Assembly: GCF_009914755.1 (NCBI RefSeq)
Contig: NC_060932.1
Strand: one strand, 5' to 3'
Length of the DNA stretch: 64,000 nt
Source: the human T2T-CHM13v2.0 reference genome, Homo sapiens
The position numbers and the translations under genes were made by a program. Below, in pieces: positions 43,086 to 57,449 of this stretch; positions within the stretch are counted from its first letter, which is position 1; each line of letters opens with the position of its first letter. The notes under the pieces were generated by a model. The model had not been told where the DNA came from. It saw nothing but the letters and a program-made list of their open reading frames with translations, and did no database searches.

Positions 43086-44014
43086 AGTGTGTTCAGCATA
43101 TTAATATCTACTAACCTCTTCCTCTTGTTTTCTTTCTGACATATGACGCTCTTAAAGGAAAAAAAAAATAAAAGTTGTAAGTGAGAAAGGGACCAGAACA
43201 TATGTGCTTTTTGTGTTGCTTATATAGCAGTGTGGTAGGTCGATGGTATGGCAATGAGCTTGAGACTTTCATAATAGCAAAGGCATTGCAGTAAGTGAGC
43301 ATAAGAGACAATATTTCATAAAGAAGATAAATATCAAGATAGCATCTTTGTTTTGTTAGTCATGGTATTTAGTGGCTGCGTAAACAGAGTGAGATCAATT
43401 GTAGTTCAAAAGGACTGGAGATGAAACTGAAGTTAGGAAAGTTGAGAGAACAAAAAAATAAAAAAGATGAGATGCAAAATATGGAGTAGCCACAGGGAAC
43501 AAAAATTGGTGAAAGAGCAAAGATGTTTAAAGATGATTTGGGGGAAGTTTTGCTGTGCAAAATTCAATTTAACTGTCTCTTTCATAGTGTCATGACATTT
43601 TCCATAAAATGTTCGTATATATCATTTGTGATGGGGTATCTGATGAAATACTGGACTGGTGTTATGGTAAAAGCAGAGACCCTTGCGGAGCAAGTCTTCT
43701 TTGTGTAAGGTAGAGTGAATCAGCAACGTAGTGTGAACAGGTTATTGTGTTATGGTTGGAAGAACATTGCCTTTGTGTTCAAATCCAGACTGTACCACAT
43801 ACTAGCTGTGTAACTTGATCAGATTAAACTCTATTAACCAAATGTCAGATTGCTTAGCCGAACCTGGCCTACACAGTTGTTTGTCCCACACATTAAACAC
43901 TTTCAAAAGAGTTGCCCAGTCCTCAGCTTACACTCTTTATTGTCTTATACCTATGTATTTTATTCGTATATAGTACCTGCCTGTAATGCAATAAATAGGG
44001 CATTTGACAATCAG

Positions 44015-44213
44015 CAGTGGTTCTCAACCTAGCACCGTTTACATTTTAGGCTGGATAATTCTTACTTGTGGGGGGCTGGCCTCTACCAACTAGATCACAG
44101 TAGCACTCCCCACCCCACCCTCAGTTATGACAATAGAAAATGTCTCCAGACATTGTCCCAATGTTCCCTTGTTTTAAGGGGAGGGAAAAATCACCCGTGG
44201 TTGACAACCACTG
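44015..44213. mobile_element. MER20 hAT-Charlie element
   Basis: TIRs cagtggttctcaacc / ggttgacaaccactg; aaaatgtctccagacattg. Confidence 0.88.
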
Positions 44214-44261
44214 CCTTGGATGTTGTTTTATGGGAGAAAATAAGGTGTAACATTTGAAAGC

Positions 44262-44621
44262 ATTTAGTCCATTTGGCTGAACAAAGTACCATGGACTGGG
44301 TGGCTTATCAACAGGAGAAATTTATTTCTTACAGTTGTGGAGGCTGGAAGTTTGAGATCAGGGTGCCAGCATGGTTGGGGTCTGATGAAGGCCCTCTTCT
44401 GGGTTGTGGACCACTGTCTTTTTTTTTAATCCTTGGGTGGCAGAAAGAAGGGGAGAGAGCTCACTGGGGTCCCTCCTATAAGGACACTAATCCTATTCAT
44501 GAGTGTTCCACTCACATGACCTAATTATTCCCAAAGGGCCCACCTCCTAATACCTTCACATCAGGGCTTAGGATTTCAACCTCTGAATTTTGGTAGGGAC
44601 AGAAATGTTCAGTCCATTGCA
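44262..44621 (-). mobile_element. MaLR solo LTR, MLT1A0-like
   Basis: gactgggtggcttat..ggaggctggaagtttgagatcagggtgccagcatggttggg..cccacctcctaatacc..ttcagtccattgca. Confidence 0.88.
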
Positions 44622-44693
44622 GTACCTAAGAGAGTGATTGAAACACAGTAGACACTCAACAAATGATATTTTTCCTCTAAAAATGTGAAATTG

Positions 44694-45108
<415 letters not shown>

Positions 45109-45149
45109 TCATCTGTAGAAGGTGCATGTATAACACTTCAGCGGTATGT

Positions 45150-45330
45150 ACATAAAAGCTGACCCTTAGCTCTAAATTTAGACAGATCAAACTTCAATTC
45201 TTGTCTCTTCCAGTTAATACTTGGGTGCCTTAGGCAAACCCTTTAGACTTTCTAAGGGATCTTATCTATAATATGCCTTATCTATAAAATGGAGACAATA
45301 ATGACATGTATATCATGGTGTTGTGATCAT
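45150..45330 (+). mobile_element. MIR SINE
   Basis: ccttaggcaa..tatctataaaatggagacaataat..tcatggtgttgtga. Confidence 0.6.
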
Positions 45331-45404
45331 TCACTCATTCATTCAATATATAACTAGTGTGCTTTGATATTTCAAGGACAATTCTAGGAAATAGCGATAT
45401 ATAG

Positions 45405-45650
<246 letters not shown>

Positions 45651-48600
45651 CCTCCTGATAACTTATTAGTAAATAGACAATGAACAATAAATTTATAATG
45701 TAATTTCAGGAGATAATAAATGCTATGGGGATAAAGAAGTATAACAGAATAAAGAATGATAGAGGTTGCTCTCTTACATAAAATAGTCAAGGAGATCTCT
45801 TAGAAGGTGAACTTTGAGCAGACATGAATGTAGGGAGAGAACACAGTATGGGTTAGCTAGGTAAAGGCTTCTGGGGTTGAGAAGGGAGCAAGTACAAGAG
45901 ACCTCAGGGCCGTAATATTCTTGGCCTGCTCCCAGTATAGAAAGAGGCTAGGGCTGCTGGATAAAAGGAATATATTATGTAGCTAATTGATACCTTTTTA
46001 TATTTTTAATTTTTAAGTTTTCTCTTATCACCAAATACTCACTTTTAGGAAATTCAAAATATGTATCTAATGTGGGAAGTGAGATGAGGTTGTGAGGTGA
46101 CAGAATGCTGCATGAGATGTTATTAAGGAAGAGCTCACAGAGGCAACTCTCCAAGAAAATGAAACAGAATTGAAAATGGTCTTGTAAAATTCCACTTGGG
46201 GTGGCGATGCTTTGTGGCTTGAAGTGTAAGGGATGAGAACAGCATGTGAATTCCAAGAAAGCAACACAGAATGGAAAATGGATTTACAATGTGTCAGACA
46301 GGGAGGCAACATCCTGTGGCATGTGGCTTGCATCTCAGCGGTGGGAAAGGTATGTCATGTGCCTGCTCCTCCCTGTGGCACACCACAAGGGAGTGTGAGT
46401 TGGCAACTATGGCCAATATACATCAACAGCAATTTTAGTATATGGCCAGCAAGGGTCTTCTTTTGAATTTGTCTCCAAATTTGATTCTTTTTTAATTTAT
46501 TCCAAAGTGCTGAGCATGAGATAGAAATAAAGGAAGTTTGGAGGGGAGATGATAAGGATAGCTATGAAACTTAATGTCATTTCAGATTAACCACATTGGA
46601 TTTAGAACCTTGACAAATGTGACTGGTGTAATGATATATTTTTTACTTTATGAGCATTAGTTGGTTAAAATTTGCTTCATTAAGAATGTTGCTTGATGCA
46701 TTGAAAATCTCAATATTAATAACACAAAGTTCAACTTACCTTTTATAAATATTAGTTTGATTTTTTTGCAAGAGAGCAATGTTTAAAATCCATGTGGAGA
46801 TGAGAGAGAGGAAGGGAAGTGAAGTAGAAAGGACATCAAATGGAGGAAAATTGAAGCAAAAGAGGTATGCAAAATTAAGGGTTTAGTGAAGGAACAGTAG
46901 TATCAGAGCTTAGGACTTAAGCAAATACAAAGACAGAATACAAGGAAAGAAAGGAATGGGAGAGTGGGAGATGTTCACCATCCAAATCTTGTTCCATTTG
47001 AAATCAAAGACAAAATAAACTAAAATTAAATCCTGAACTGAAATCCACTAATATGTCAATTTAGTTTTGTGCATTTGTGTTGTATATAAAGTAAACTGAC
47101 TTCAGACAGAGTCAACTTTACTAATGACAAATTTAGAGCGTGGATGCAGAAAAGTTAACTGCTAAAATAGGGACTGTAACAATTAGTACATAATACATTT
47201 GTCTCTCCAAATGGCTTTTTTGAGTTAGCATATTATGTAACCCAATGCAGAAGCACTTATAAAAATGAGCTCAATTAATATTTGTAGTTTGGATTAAGAA
47301 TCAAAATATCATCAACTATGATACAAGGTTCGATTATTAGGTTTATGGCCAAAATGCATGAGCAGTCAACACATTAATAAAGTACACATAGGAAGTTCTC
47401 AACATAGGATCTTATTTATTGACACAGGGGCTGTAGAAGTGTAAAAATTCTATTAAATAGGGTCAGCAATTAGTTTAGAAACTAAAAAGAATAAATATGT
47501 TTGATGTATCATTTATAGTGACTGAAATAATGCTTTCTGTAATATAGTGGTACCTAAAAGGGCCAGCAAAAATTCCATAAATAAAATGCTGGGGTGAGAA
47601 AAGCTTTTCAAAAAGACTGACTTAACTCTCAAGAAATATTAAATATATAAGATTTTTTTATCCAGAGAAGTGTCCTGGGAGAATTCGAATTGAATAAATA
47701 TACTTTAAAATGGTAATTAAAATGATGAGCTTTTGCAAGATTTTGCAGTGTTTTTCATATTTGAAAAAAATTACACATTTTTACCCATCATCTTACAATA
47801 ATCAATAATTTACATAATCCTAGTCTTTTAGGTTAACCAACCTCTCCTGATGACTACCTAGGTACCATCCTTGCCTTCTCCAGGTCGACACTCTGAACGT
47901 TCTGCCTGACTTTCCTCACTCTGATTTCCAGTTGTATTCCTGAACCCTTCTACCCTCTGTGCTGGTCTCCTTTCCATGGCCTTCTCCTACTGCCCCTCAA
48001 AATCTGGTCCCTGAGACAACAACTCCTCCTCTGACGTTGTCTCTAGATTTTTGTGTTGCTTACAATGTGTTGCACTTCAATTAAAGCTATTACTGGGCTT
48101 TCAGTTACACCAGGCAAGGCATAACCCTCCCCTGACATGAGTTCACATGCCAGGAATTTCTGTGATTTTTATGAAAGAGAATTGTTCACAATCTCTAACC
48201 TCTGTCTGTCAAACCTTCACAGGGTGACAAAAGTTACAGGAAACAAAGTGTATGCAATATAATCTTTTGTATTTGTGGTGTGTGAAAACTGAGAATAATA
48301 CAGATGCACTCTGATGCAGAAACCCAGTTTTGGGGAGTGTTTGGATTTGAATTTGCTTGAACTGGTATTTTCTTCCAGATTGGAAGAAGGAAACCACTCC
48401 CAGATGTCTTTATTTTTCTAACAGAAGAGCCTTCACAATTTAAATAATGAGGGGTTCAATTAGCAGAAGTCTTGTGATTCATTTGCAATCTAAGCAAACA
48501 AATTCTAGTCTACTAATTTTTACAAAACTCTGTGGTCATCCTGGGTTTGGCTATTGAGTTTGGCTATTGATGGTTACATTCAAAGAAATTAAAAAGGAAC

Positions 48601-50829
48601 TGGTAAGTAACAAAGAAAATCTCAGAAAGTTTTTTACTCTTTTCAGTTAACAAGAGAAGACATGGAATATATGTAAATTTAAATGTATATAAACATTTTC
48701 CCTAACTTAATTAGTCTAATCACTTTCTTTCTTTATTGATCTCATGTGGTCAAGAAGAGTAAATATTCTGTAACCTACTTACTCTTATGTTATTAAAATG
48801 GAAAATTTCAACGCAGCACTTAAATTCCACCAGACCCTCTTTTTCCAAATGCAATTCTAACTTAAATTGTTTTTAAACTAAGGTTAACCTAAAAAGTTAA
48901 AACCTATAATTTCTGACATGTATTTTGTTCTTATTATTTATAAGCTTGATTATTTATGAGCTTGAAGTTGTACTATTCTGAGGTACTAAAGAAGAATGCT
49001 GAATTCATATTTAAGGTATGAGTGTAAAAATAGAGAACCAACAGAAACATGGCCTGAACATCTTTCCTTCATCTTTCAACCAGAATATGTCCCAACAAAG
49101 TGAATTATGTTTCGTTCTCCTTTTTTTCTTTTCCCCTTTTTAGGAACTATAGCTGTCTCACATAACAAAAATGTTTTCATACACGTTTTATTTTAAACTT
49201 GTCTAAGTCCCGATCTGTTTTCTTAACATTTGCTTTATTTTTAATAATTCACTCAGAATATATAACATCTGCTTAAAACCTTTGACCAAATCAGCTTTAT
49301 TGATATAAATCAACAAACCAATTGCAATTCAGGGAAAAACTGCCATAAAATTCTTGTGTAACCCATTGCTGAATCACTGTGAAGGGACTAATGTTTGGAA
49401 AGCTTTTAATTTTAGTTAAAAAGTTCCTTGAAACAGATGTGAAAATTCACTCATCTCCCACATTGTCTAGTTCAAGCAGCTGCAAATTATTTCATGGATT
49501 ACATTTGAATGAATGTCCTGGGATTATTTCATCTAGGCAGCTGTTATTTCCTTAAATTAAATCAAAACACTTTTTTTGTTTGATTAATTCTTGGTTATTT
49601 GCTATTGTGTAAAGATGAAAAGCTCACATGTCTTTGGTCATAAATTGGTTCATTTTCCTCAATACAACACACTTTTAAAGGGTATGTTTAAAAACAAATT
49701 ACTGCTTTGAGCTTCCTAGTACAAAAAGAAAAAAAAATGTAGTACTCTCTTCTTTATAAGTTCTTAAATATAACATTCATATAATGCACACATTTTACTT
49801 GTAAAAATAGTTGCAAGGAGTGTCACTACTCAACTTTAACTACTGGGATGATAATTATACCAGGTTTTCTCAGCCAGATGGTCTATAGCTCCATTCCAAA
49901 CTCCTTCACTAGATCCAGACTTGTCCCTCTGAGTGTCTACCAGACGTCCATATGTATATCTTGAAGATAGCTGTATCTCAGCATGCGTGAAACCAAAAAC
50001 ACCATCTCTTCCTGTATTCCCTAAAAGTGGTAAGATGGAGAAGCCTGTTCAGATGGCACATTCAGTTGTTCACTACACCCTACTGAATCTTCCTCTGAAA
50101 TTACGTTTCAATACATTTCTTTCTCTTCTTACTCCTGGTCACTGCTTCCTGCCACATCTCCCTTTTCCAGTTTTTAAAGTTTTTCCAGTGGCTGTTTAGT
50201 GCAACAAATGTATTCCTCCAAAAACTAACATTCCAAAAGTCAATCCTATGTAAAGAATAATTTATCAGATGATCAATTAATTAATTATCAAATTATACAA
50301 AATCTTATGGTCAACAAATATCAATGAATGCCTACTCTGTGCTAGACATACTTCTAAGAAACTGAGATTATAATAATAAATGAGAAAGATCAAGTTTCTA
50401 TTCTAAGGTGTCAGAAAAGAAAAAGATATTTTAAAATAAATGTAATAGGTGTGTGTGTGTATATGTGTCTGTATGTAAATGTGTGTTTATGTTTAAGTGA
50501 GTGCATGTGTGTATGTGTGTACAAAGTGAAGTAATGATAAGGGCGTGCGTATGTGTGTATGTGTGTACAAAGTGAAGTAATGATAAGGGCTTTAGAAAGA
50601 AAATAGAGCCAGATAAGAGTATAGCAAATAATTTTAAAATATTCTTTTGAATAGAATCAATAATATGATTGCATTTACCTCATGAATATTATTCTTAAAT
50701 ATTGTCAATAAATGTATTCTTCTTTGTATCAATTTAAGGAATATTTATTTAGTATAAAGCAATAGAACATAGGAGAGTTTATTTTAAAATATAACTTTTA
50801 TTAATATATTCATGACATATATCATAAAA

Positions 50830-51173
50830 TAGCACTGTCCAATAGAAAAATAATGAGTTACAAATTGAAATATAATTGAAACAATGTAATAATTTTAAAT
50901 TTTCTAGTACTCACATTAAAAAAGGAAAAAGAAACAGGTAAAATTAATTTTAATAGCACATTTTATTTAAACTGGAATATCCATAATATTATCATTTCAA
51001 CATGTAGTCAACAGAAAAGTTACAAATTAGATATTTTGCATGATTTTATTTGTATTATTTCTTTGAAATTCTGTGTATATTTAACTCTTGCAGCATAACT
51101 CAGTTCAGACTAGCCACATTTCAAGCACTCAGTAATAACATGTAACTAGTGACTCATGAATTCAACAGTACAG
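50830..51173. mobile_element. MER33-like hAT-Charlie element
   Basis: gcactgtccaatagaa..aaaagaaacaggtaaaattaattttaata..ctagccacatttcaagcactca. Confidence 0.8.
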
Positions 51174-51482
51174 TTCTACAGTATATTGAATATATTCAAC
51201 ATATACACTATATCCATGATATTTAGTTGAATATATAATTTTATAGTCTTAAGTACAAATATCTTAATAAGAAATGCACTTATAGGTAATATATTTATTA
51301 ATTCATTCACTGAATATTTTAGTTGAATATATTTATGTCATTGAGGAATATTTTATAGTGGTTATATTATTGGTAATATTGACTATATTCCAAAAAAGTC
51401 CTACAATTAATGTTTATAAATTTAGCAAATTATTTATTTATTTAATTGGTTTTTAATAAATATACCTACAATTATATTTCAG

Positions 51483-52103
<621 letters not shown>

Positions 52104-52293
52104 TAGTTATCTTTCTGAAACACAGAATTGATATGTTCCTGCATGATTATTATAATAATATCATAATTATTATAATCATTGATTATCTCCCTTTATCATC
52201 TAAGACTAAACTCTGTTTTAATATTCCATTCTGCTATCCCTATACATCTCAGGCTACATCATATTAGATGCATAATATTTCAGAAAGTACTAT

Positions 52294-52658
52294 TGATATT
52301 GTTTGGCTCTGTGTCCCCACCCAAATCTCATCTTGAATTGTAATCCCCATGTGTGGAGGGAAGGACCTGGTGGGAGGTGATTAAATCATGGGAGTGGTTT
52401 ACACCATGCTGTTCTCCTGATAGTGAGGGAGTTCTCTGGAGATCTGATGGTTTAGAGGTGTTCGGAAGTTCCCTCTTTGCTCTCTCTCTCCTGCCACTAT
52501 GTAAGAAGTGTCTTGCTTCCCCTTCACCATCTGCCATGATTGTAAGTTTCTTGAGACCTCCTCAGCTATGTGGAACTGTGAGTCAGTTAGACCTCTTTCC
52601 TTTATAAATTGCCTAGTCTCGGGAAGTTTTTTATACAGTGTGAAAAAGGGCTAATACA
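52294..52658 (+). mobile_element. THE1D-like MaLR 5' LTR
   Basis: tgatattgtttggctctgtgtccccacccaaatctcatcttgaattgtaatcccc..gggctaataca. Confidence 0.92.
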
Positions 52659-53662
52659 TAAAATTGGTACCAGGAATGAGGTACTGCCTAAAGATACCTA
52701 AAAATGTGGAAGCAATTTTGGAACTGGGTAATGGGCAGTGGCTGGAACAGTTTGGAGGGCTCAGAAGAAGATAGGAAGATGTGGGAAAGTTTGGAACTTC
52801 CTAGAGACTTGTTGAATAGTTTTGACCAAAATTCTGATAGTGACATGGACAATGAAGTCTAGGCTGAGGTGGTGTCAGATGGAGATGAGGAACTTTTTGG
52901 GAACTGGAGCAGAGGTCACTCTTGTTATATCTTAGCAAAGAGACTGGTGGCATTTTGCTCCCACCCTAGAGGTCTGTGGAATTTTGAACTTGAGAAAGAT
53001 GATTTAGGGTATCTGGCAGAAGAAATTTCTAAGCAGCAAAGCATTCAAGAAGTGACCTGGCTTTTGGTAAAAGTGTATGCCCATATTCGTTCACAAAGAA
53101 AAAATCAGAAATTGGAAGTTAAAGGGAAGCAGACCGTAAAAGTTTGAAAAATTTGCAGCCTGACCATGCAGTAAAAAAGAAAAACCTATCTTCTGGCAAT
53201 AAATTCAAGCTGGCTGCAGATATTTGCATAAGTAATGAGGAGCCCAATGTTAATGGCAAAGACAATGAGGAAAGTACCTCCAGGGCATGTCAGAGATCTT
53301 CACAGCAGCCCCTCCCATCGCAAGCCTGGCAGCCTAGTAGGGAAAAATGGTTTTATGGGTCAGGCCAGGGCCCTGCTCCTCTGTTCAGCCTTGGGACATT
53401 GTACCCTGCATCCCAGCCACTCCAGCTCCAGCCGTGGCTAAAAGGGGCCAAGGTACAGCTCAAACTATGGCTTAAGAGGATGCAATCCCCAAGTCTTACA
53501 GCTTCCACGTGGTGTTGGGCCTGCTGCTGTGCAAAAGACGAGAGTTCAGCTTTGGGAGCCTCCATCTAGATTTCAGAGAATGTATGGAGATGTCTGAATG
53601 TCCAAGCAGAAATCTGCTGCAGGTCAGAGCCCTCAAGGAGAACCTCTGCTACAGCAGTGCAG
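52659..53662 (+). mobile_element. THE1/MST internal sequence, 3'-truncated, no 3' LTR
   Basis: aaattggtacc..ggaacagtttggagggctcagaagaaga..gcagaagaaatttctaagcagcaaagcattcaag. Confidence 0.9.
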
Positions 53663-54529
53663 GTATTGGCTATTGCTACCCAGAAGTTAGAAAACTGCAG
53701 GAAATGGCTTCAGATTTCATAAATCTTCTGTAATATTAATAGAAGTACAGAGAGTTTTAAAAAATAATCAACCAACAGCCCTTGTACCTACACAGCCCAC
53801 CCAATTGGAGTTGCTGCTAGAGGAAAATGAGTGTTTCTACCTCTTTTCTACCTGTTAAATCTTCTAGTTACTGCAGCTGCTTGACAAATCCTAAAACTTA
53901 TGTGACGAACTAGATAGTAAAAGAATATAATCAATGCAATTCTTAGTTTTCTAGCCTCTCCAATAGAGGGGAGCACGGAAGCTAGTAAGAATAGGGCCAA
54001 GTGCCAAAAAACAATATCTGGCATTTTCCCCCCAACCTCAGTTGCTTTCTTATGTATTTCTTATAAGAGTTAAAACATTTATTTTTCTTCTGGGATGGGG
54101 TTGATCACATAATATTTTGTTATCTATCTTCTTAACATTCTTCTCTCACTTACTAGACAGTTCAATTTCAAAGCATCAAAATAGGGCAAGTATATTTTTT
54201 AAAATTCCCATCGGTTGATTTTTATATTATCCTTCTTTACCACTGTTATCTTAAGAATCACAAATTTCTTTGTTGTGGAAACTATTCCTAATTGCTTCTA
54301 AGAAATTTCCAGCTTACCAAATTTCTTCTTAACAAACTAAATTTTTATCTACTTGCAACCAAAGATGGTATATCTCCCATATCTATGGCACTGGGCTGGA
54401 TATTGTAGAGAATATTTTGGAGAATATCTTAGGAAAGAAGTCCCAAAATAGGAAGGAAGAAAGAAAGAGTAGAAAAAAGAGAGGAAGAAAGAAAAAAGAA
54501 GGAAGAAAAGACAGAAAGGTTCTGATACT

Positions 54530-55056
54530 ATAGGAGAGGCAGTACTTTACCTTTTCCCTTGTAGGAGTTTTTTTTTTTATTTTTGTTTGGTTTTGTTTTT
54601 TGGTTTTTGGCTGAGCCTGAGAATTAAATTGACACAATAGAAATTAACAGAAGAAAATCCTATGAATTTATTTAATACTTAATACAGTTTTACATGGCAT
54701 GGGAGCCCTCAAAAGGAAATGAAGATCCAAAAAACAGAGGCAATCACTTATATACTGAATCAGACAAAGAATGGTAAATTGTGAAGAATCTAATAAATAA
54801 TATGGGAAGGCTTACAGGTTGAGATATTTTTAAAGATCTGTACAGAATTCTCTCTGTCTCAATTTTTTTGTCCTTGATGATAAGAATGTTGCTTTTCTTG
54901 TGGCATAAGTGGGCATCTTTCACATTGGAATTTCATTTTTTGTGTTTTTAAGAAATAGAATGAAGGTCAGAGTAATTTTCTTGCACCTGCTGTATTTCAA
55001 ATGCCTTTAACTCAAAATAGTCAACATGCCAGAATGGCATATTTTTACCTCCTTCA
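54530..55056 (-). mobile_element. ERV1 solo LTR, MER34B-like
   Basis: Reverse complement tgaaggagg..atatgccattctggcatgttgactattttgagttaaaggcatttgaaatacagcaggtgcaag. Confidence 0.75.
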
Positions 55057-56369
55057 ATACCATTGGTATTCAAAGATTCTCAGTTTTCTACATCTAGGAT
55101 ATGTTCCTGGTATTTCCTCCCTCGACTTATGCAGTATTGAAAAGTCCTTAGACAGAATCTTACTTAAATTACTTAATTTGTTTTTCTCCCTTTCTATTAT
55201 CATAAACTTTCCAAATTTTCCTCGGTTTAGGCATTTTTGGGGTTTTACTTTTCTTAATTACTTAATCCTAGACACCTGCTCCCTTAAATAATGTTGTCAA
55301 GGAAATGGAACTAGTGAGACCTAGATTGTATTTTATTTTATTTTTGTTCTTTGTATATTTAGCATAGATTATTAGTATCCTTCCATGACCAAACCAAATT
55401 TTTTATGGTTCTGTCACCTTTTAGAGCTTGGTAAGTATTCAGTAGTTATTAGGAGCTCATTGATCTTCTTTAAAATAATGAGTATTTGTAAAGAAAGAAA
55501 AAGTGAATGGATACTTTTCAGAGTGAGGCCTCTTCTAAGACTGCAGGAGCCAATTTCACTGCCATCACCACAGTCACATCTGACACTACAAGAACCATAG
55601 CAGTTGTTGAAGCAGTTTCAGCTTACAGCACTCTGAAGTCTCCAGTGAACCAGCAAATGAATTCCAGAAGGCTTCTGACTCTAGGGTTCTCTGTTCTCCC
55701 ACACTGTGATAGTTATTCTGAACTGGAAAAAAGAGGTGCTATCCAGATGGGGTGTGAGGATCTGCTAGGAAATCCTCAAAAATTCTCATTAAATACACTC
55801 AAATTTGCACATGAAAGGAGAGTTCTGGCAGGGAGTTTTTACTGTTCATCAAAATGCAGTCATAAAATTCATGTCTTATTACCTTCTTTACATATGTCAA
55901 ACAATCTAAAAATGCTTAGATAATTGCCATGGCACTCCATACCAGGATTCTGTGTCTTATTAGTTGAAAAATGGTACAGAAGCAAGTAGATAGTTGAAGA
56001 TTTTGGCCTTTGAACATATCCTCAAAGGTAATGAGGGGCCAGCATGTCTGGGCTCCCTAGCCCAGAATTAACCACACAATTTCTTCATATCAGTATGAAA
56101 GACATTAATAAGTCAGTGTGGTGTGCTTTGTGGCTCCAAGATAAAAAAAGAGAAAGCAACTTTTAGTTCTAATTCATAACAAAATGGCCCCCAAAAGGTG
56201 ATTGCTTCATTTAAACAAACATTCTTCTTTTACATAATCAACATATTCTTTTTAACAGATGTACCCTAAATTATAGAAGTATGATGAGAAGGTATGGGAA
56301 ACTTAGATTTGGATTAAGCCATTTAGTACAATGCTTCTGCAAAACTCTAATTTGCCCACTATAAACAAT

Positions 56370-56585
56370 TATTTAGCCTCTGCTTTTAACATTTCCAGGA
56401 ATGGGGTAATCACATCTCCTACACAGCACTGTACAGTATGCCTTTGAGCAACTATAAATATTAAAAGGTTGTTATATTGATGAGAAACACACTCTCCTCT
56501 TATGCACATTTCTTCTCTGCAGGCACAGGGGGAACTCTAATATCTCTTCTCTATGACAAACCTTTAGATATTTGAAGGTTGCCAT
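56370..56585 (-). mobile_element. L3/CR1 remnant, host of the provirus
   Basis: agcctctgctt..ttccaggaatggggtaatcac..tatgacaaacctttagatatttgaag. Confidence 0.55.
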
Positions 56586-56987
56586 TGTGGAAATAAATGA
56601 AGACTACACAAATGAAAACAAGCAGAGAATATTTATCTATTTATTCAGAGCTGGTTATAGAACGGGAGTTAGCCACTATCACTTGCATTTACCAGAGACC
56701 CAAAGGCATGCGGGGGGAGTAGGAAAACTTTATAATAATAATTTTTAAAGGGAAGGCTTTGAATATGTTCTGATTGGAAGTTGTTGGCATGGGAAAACTG
56801 AAGAAGGGCTGACTAGAAACTATCTTATGCAATTGGTTTTGGGAGTGCATTTGGCTTTCTCCAGTTGGTTCTGAGTTGGAAATAGGGGTGAAACGAGGGA
56901 AACTGATCTTTATTGATGAAGTCCTGAATGTTTTGAGGCAATGGCTGCAGAGACTGTGGGTCAACGTTCTAATGCTGCATATGATCT

Positions 56988-57290
56988 GGGCAGGTGCAGT
57001 GGCTCACGCCTATAATCCCAGAACTTTGTGAGGGCAAGGTGGGCAGATCACAAGGTCAGGAGATCGAGAACATCCCAGCTAACACAGTGAAACCCTGCCT
57101 CTACTAAAAAAAAAAAAAATACAAAAAATTAGCCAGGTGTCGTGGTATGTGCTTGTAATCCCAGCTACTTAGGAGGCTGAGGCATGAGAATTGCTTGAAC
57201 CTGGGAGGAGGAGGTTGCAGTGAGCCGAGATCGCACCACTGCACTCTTACCTGGGTGACAGAGCGAGACTCTGTCTCAATAAAAAATAAA
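56988..57290 (+). mobile_element. AluS (Sc/Sc8-like) in the proviral LTR
   Basis: gatcacaaggtcaggagatcgag..gctaacacagtgaaaccc. Confidence 0.93.
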
Positions 57291-57449
57291 TGATTGTCTG
57301 CATGTATATTCAATCTCCCTTCCTTCGGTCACTCTCTTTTTTGCCAAAAGGATGTTAGTCAAAAGGTAAGGTGAGAGATCCCGAGCTTCACTACTTGATG
57401 ATTGTTCTGTTGTATCCTTAGTCAATCATATCACAAGATCTTTTTCATC

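Noticed and set aside
51185-51335. Palindrome ttgaatatattcaa and repeated gttgaatatat
   Set aside because: Short and in extremely AT-rich sequence, so not distinguishable from chance
52869-53733. ORFs in the THE1 internal region
   Set aside because: Fragmented MaLR internal ORF with no intact reading frame
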